Made by a program: the position numbers and the translations under genes
NCBI RefSeq assembly: GCF_035084215.1
Contig: NC_090337.1
Coordinates: forward strand, 63,860,001-63,924,000
Reading direction: 5' to 3'
DNA: 64,000 nt
Origin: Heptranchias perlo
Lineage: Eukaryota
The notes under the pieces: model-generated
Seen by the model: only the letters and a program-made list of their open reading frames with translations
What the model was told of the DNA's origin: nothing
Databases searched by the model: none
In this document: one piece after another, positions 59,433 to 64,000 of the stretch
Position numbering within the stretch: position 1 is the first letter of the stretch
How the letters are laid out: the number at the start of each line of letters is the position of its first letter

Positions 59433-60454
59433 AAGTAGCTGGGCAATCCATGATAGAATAAACATACTTAGAATCTGGAGTTGATTTGATGGGCTGAATG
59501 GCTTTATCCCATTGTGTCGTTATGTAAAATTGGTCAAATGTGTTCTGCTTGACCATGCTACTTGATGAGTACTAAATGGACCTTAAATTTAAAAAGAAAG
59601 CAAAAGGGAAGAGTTGAGGCTAATTGGTAGAGAAAGATCAATAAACCTTGAAATCAATAAAACTTGAGATTCTGACCACCTGTACAAAGGAACACAGTGA
59701 AGACCAGACTGTGTCATAGGTACAGCTACCAACTGCCCGTCTTCAAATTTGGAAAACAGGCAACAAAACCATACTGGAAAACTGCTTCCACTGCAATATC
59801 AGTGCAAACACTCACTATAAGGAGAACACCAGGAAACACGCATTCCAGTTGACATGCACAGTTGTTCAAAATTCTCAAGCTCCACTGTTACTTATGATGT
59901 CATACGGGTAATTTCCAATTTAAAGTCCACACAATATGTACTTATTTGGTTTATTAATAGCCCCATACTCAACATTTCAAATGCAAATTTGGGTTTTGAC
60001 TCACTAAGTGAGCCACTTTAGGAACTGACTGCTGAAATCCAGCCTCTGAACATCATACTTCACAATTCTTTAAACTGGCCCATTGTTGCAAAACTAAAAT
60101 ACCAATTTTCTAAACTGAGCTCCATATATTTTCATTTTTAGTGAGTTCCCATGCTGCTCAAGACCATCGGGAAATGAAACAGCTTTTCTTTATCCAATTC
60201 TCACCAAGCACTCCCGTAGCAGATATCACAAGGGTTCAATGGGAGGGTAATGTTCCCTCTGCATCAAACATTCCCAAATCAGGTGCTGAACTTATGTTAC
60301 AGTTCAGGCTTTTAAACAGTTTCTTCTGCCAATGGTTGTACCAGAATCTCCTTGAGTGAGCCTCATTCCTCAACAATAAGGATGCATGTATTTAGTTGCA
60401 TTGCCCAAAGCTAGTAATTACCCAACTTAGCAATAATACTGCTCACTGCAACTT

Positions 60455-60665
60455 ACTCTGGAACTCTCTCCCCAAAAGGCTGTGGATACTGAGGGTCAAT
60501 TGAAACTTTCAAGACTGAGATTGACAGATTTTTGTTGGGTAAGGGTATCAAGGGATATAGAGCAAAGCTGGGTAAATAGGGTAGAGGTGTAGATCAGCCA
60601 TGATCTAATTGAATGGCAGAACAGGAGCTGAATAGCTTGCTCCTGTTTCTATGCTCCTATGTAGG
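60455..60665 (+). mobile_element. CR1 3' fragment
   Basis: ctggaactctctccccaaaaggctgtgg...gatcagccatgatctaattgaatggc. Confidence 0.85.
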
Positions 60666-60799
60666 ATTCTCACTAAATCTCTTGTCTGTTGCAAAGATGG
60701 AATATATCACATTCAGAACCCAACTGGTACAGGCTAAAATAACGAATTCAATTTATATAGGACCAGTATATACCCCTAAGGGGCAAGAGCTCTACTTAC

Positions 60800-62790
60800 C
60801 AAATAAAACAACCATGATTGACTAAAGAGGTGAGAGATAACATAAAACTAAAAGAAAGAGCATACAAAAGTGCAAAGAATAGTGTAGATTCAGGGGACTG
60901 GGAGAGATTAAAGAACAACAAAGGAAGACAAAAAAGATAGTAAGAGCTGCAAGGAGGGAATATGAAAAGAAACTTGTGAGGGATATCAAGATTAACACAA
61001 AAAGTTTTTACAATTATATCAGAAGAAAAAGGGTAGTCAAGGGAAATGTGGGCTGTTTAAAAACAGATGTGGGTAATATTGCAAATGGAAATAAGGAAAT
61101 GGCAGACTTGTTGAATAATTACTTTGTGTCAGTCTTCACAGTAGAGGAAGAGGATAATATACCCGACATTCCAGAGAAACTAATAATGAATCAAAGACTG
61201 GAACTCACTAAAGTTAACGTTATCAAGAAAGCAGTATTAGAAAAAATAATGGCACTAAAAACTGACAAATCCCCAGGACCAGATGGTTTCCACCCCAGGG
61301 TTTTAAAGGAGGTAGGTGAGGAAATTGCAGATGCTTTAGCCATAATCTTCCAAAGCTCTCTCGATTCAGGAACGGTCCCTTTAGATTGGAAAATTGCAAA
61401 TGTAACTCCATTATTTAAGAAAGGTGAGAGAGAGAGAAACTAGAAATTTATAGAGTTAGTCTAACACCTGTTGTGGGGAAGTTATTGGAACCTATAATTA
61501 AGGATAAAGTGACTGAGCACTCAGAGAAATTTGAGCCGATTAGAGAGAGCCAACGTGGATTTGTAAAGGGTAGGTCATGTCTAATGAATCTAATGGAATT
61601 TTTTGAGAAAGTAACTAAAGTAGTAGACAGGGCAATGTCTATGGATGTAGTTTATATGGACTTCCAGAAGGCATTTGATTAGGTTCCACATAAGAGACTG
61701 TTAGCTAAAATTAAAGCTCATGAACTGAAGGCAAATTATTGACCTGGTTAGGAGATTGATTAGGCAGTAGAAGATAGAGAGAAAGGATAATGGGAATATA
61801 CTCGAATTGGAAGGAAGTGACCAGTGGTCTCCCACAAGGATCTGTGCTGGGGCCTCAACTATTCACTATATTTATTGATGAATTAGATAACACAATAGAG
61901 AGCCATATATCCAAGTTTGTCGATGACAGGAAGATTGGTGGTATAGTAAGTAGTGTAGACGGGAGCATAAAATTACACAGAGACTTTGATAGATTAAGTG
62001 AGTGGGCAAAACTGTGGCAGATGGATTTCAACACAGATAAGTGTGAGGTCATCCATTTTGGACTAAAAAAAGATAGATCGGAGTATTATTTAAATGATGA
62101 AAAGCTAGAAACAGTGAAGGTCCAAAGAGATTTAGGGTCCAAATACACAGATCAATAAAATGTAGTAGTCAGGTACAATAAATAATCAAAATGGCTAATG
62201 GAATGTTAGCCTTTATAACTAGAGGGCTAGAATATAAAGGGGAGGATGTTTCGCTACAGCTATACAAAGCCCTGGTTAGACCACATCTGGAGTACTGTGT
62301 ACAGTTCTGGGCACCGCACCTTAGAAAGGAGTGGAAGGAGTGCAGCACAGATTCACCAGAATATTACCAGGTCTCCAAGGGTTCGATTATAAGGAGAAAT
62401 TACATAAACTAGGCTTGTATTCCCTAGAATATAGAAGGTTAAGGGGTGATTTGATTGAAGTTTTTAGGATTTTAAAAGGAATTGATAGGCTAGATAGAGA
62501 GATACTTTTTCCGCTATGTCTAGGACAAGGGGACATAACCTTAAAATCAGAGCCAGGCCATTCAGGAGACAAGTTAGGAAACACTTCTTCACACAAAGGG
62601 TGGTAGAAGTGTGGAACTCTCTCCCACTAAAAGCAGTAGATGCTAGTTCAATTAATAATTTTAAATCTGAGATCGATAGATTTTTGGTAGCTGAAGGAAT
62701 CAAGAGATATGGAAGCCAAGGCAGGTGCATGGAGTTAGGATACAGATCAGCCATGACCTAATTGAATGGTGGAACATGCTCGAGGGGTGA
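60800..62790 (+). mobile_element. CR1 LINE ORF2, frameshifted
   Basis: ORFs 60976-62761 ([44 protein letters not shown]). Confidence 0.93.
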
Positions 62791-63004
62791 AAGGAATATG
62801 GGTAGGCAAATGTTTCTAAAAACAAATTTATAATTTATAGCACCAAAGAAATGGGTACATACTTTACAGCATAACTTAAGTACACAAAGAATCCATGAAG
62901 AGCCTTCAAATTTAATCTCTTCTGACCAGCACAACTTCTTCCTGCTTTAATATACTGTTTCTTTAAATGGAACAGTTTCTTAGAATATCACAATTTTTGT
63001 CTTT

Positions 63005-63368
63005 GCAGAGACGTTAAGGGGAGATTTGACAGGTGTTCAAAATTATGAGATGTTTTGATAGAGTAAATAATGTTTCCACTGGCAGGAGTGTCGGTAACCA
63101 GAGGACACAGATTTAAGATAATTGGCAAAAGAACCAGTGGGACAATGAGGAAACATTTTTTTACGCAGCGAGTTGTTATGATCTGGAATGCAATGCCTGA
63201 AAGGGTGGTGGAAGCAGATTCAATAGTAACTTTCAAAAGGGAATTGGATAAATACTTGGAAAGGAAAAATTTGCTGGGCTATGGGGAAAGAATGGGACTG
63301 ATTGGGCGGCTCTTTCAAAGAGCTGACGCAGGCATGATGGGTCGAATGGCCTCCTCCTGTGATTTTTA
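63005..63368 (+). mobile_element. CR1 3' end
   Basis: ORF 63070-63372. Confidence 0.9.
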
Positions 63369-63699
63369 TTGAACGTGCTCCCCCCTCCGGTAATATTCCT
63401 ATTCAAGAAAAGTCCTGCAAGGCTTTCCAACTGCACTGGTGACCGTGAGGTGAGATGACCCCACCCGTTCTGTGGGGCATGATAGCGTGAAGATTTCGTC
63501 TGTTCAGCATTTTGAGCAAAATCAGAAAACACACTCCTTTCAAAATAGTAAACCAAAGGGAAGCTTCGCCCAGATATGATGCCACTGTACAAACGGAGGG
63601 GCAAGTCCTATCTCAGTGAAGCCAACACTCAACTATTATAGGTAGTGTTAAAAAAAAGTCAAATATTGAATCAAAGAGAGTCTATTTTCATTAGGACAA

Positions 63700-64000
63700 A
63701 GATTAAGGGGTGATTTAATGGAAGTGTTTAAAATTATGAAGGGATGGGATAGAAACAGACCATTTCCAGAGATTGAGGGGTCTAGAATGAGGGGACATAG
63801 ATTAAATGTAAGAGATTTAGGACTGAGAGCAGGAGAAACTTTTTTTTACACAGGGGTTGTGAGGCTATGGAATACACCACCAGAGTCAGTGACTGAATTT
63901 GAGACCATGTCAACATTCACCAATATGTTACATAGGGAAAGGGATCTAAAGGGATATGGGAACAGGGGGATACATGGGACAAGGATTACTGTTTGTGCGG
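63700..64000 (+). mobile_element. Old CR1 3' fragment (cut by window end)
   Basis: agattaaggggtgatttaatggaagtgtttaaaattatgaaggg. Confidence 0.8.

Noticed and set aside
6173-62761. Many RT/endonuclease-like ORFs as functional genes
   Set aside because: All are fragments of 5'-truncated, frameshifted CR1 or L2 copies; none has a complete ORF2.

Overview
Vertebrate genomic DNA. The repeat content (many CR1 and L2 LINEs, Deu-domain SINEs, Penelope termini, Harbinger elements) points to a cartilaginous fish, most likely a shark. By eye more than half of the window is decayed transposon sequence, and nearly all ORFs in the supplied track are LINE reverse-transcriptase fragments, their antisense shadows, or noise. 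The one convincing host gene is an intact 1643-aa single-ORF Maestro HEAT-like repeat (MROH1-like) gene at 42454-47385 (-). It has no coding introns although MROH1 is normally a many-exon gene, so it looks like a retained, divergent retrogene. Other notable items are three minimal hammerhead-ribozyme motifs in Penelope-like termini with target-site duplications (two forming a ~195-bp palindrome), a complex ~350-bp inverted duplication, a 39-bp minisatellite, a hAT MITE with a perfect 8-bp TSD, a decayed two-gene Harbinger, and TE-free islands that may be conserved non-coding elements. Family assignments come from recalled motifs, not database searches. Repeat boundaries are approximate (tens of bp) unless a TSD is quoted.
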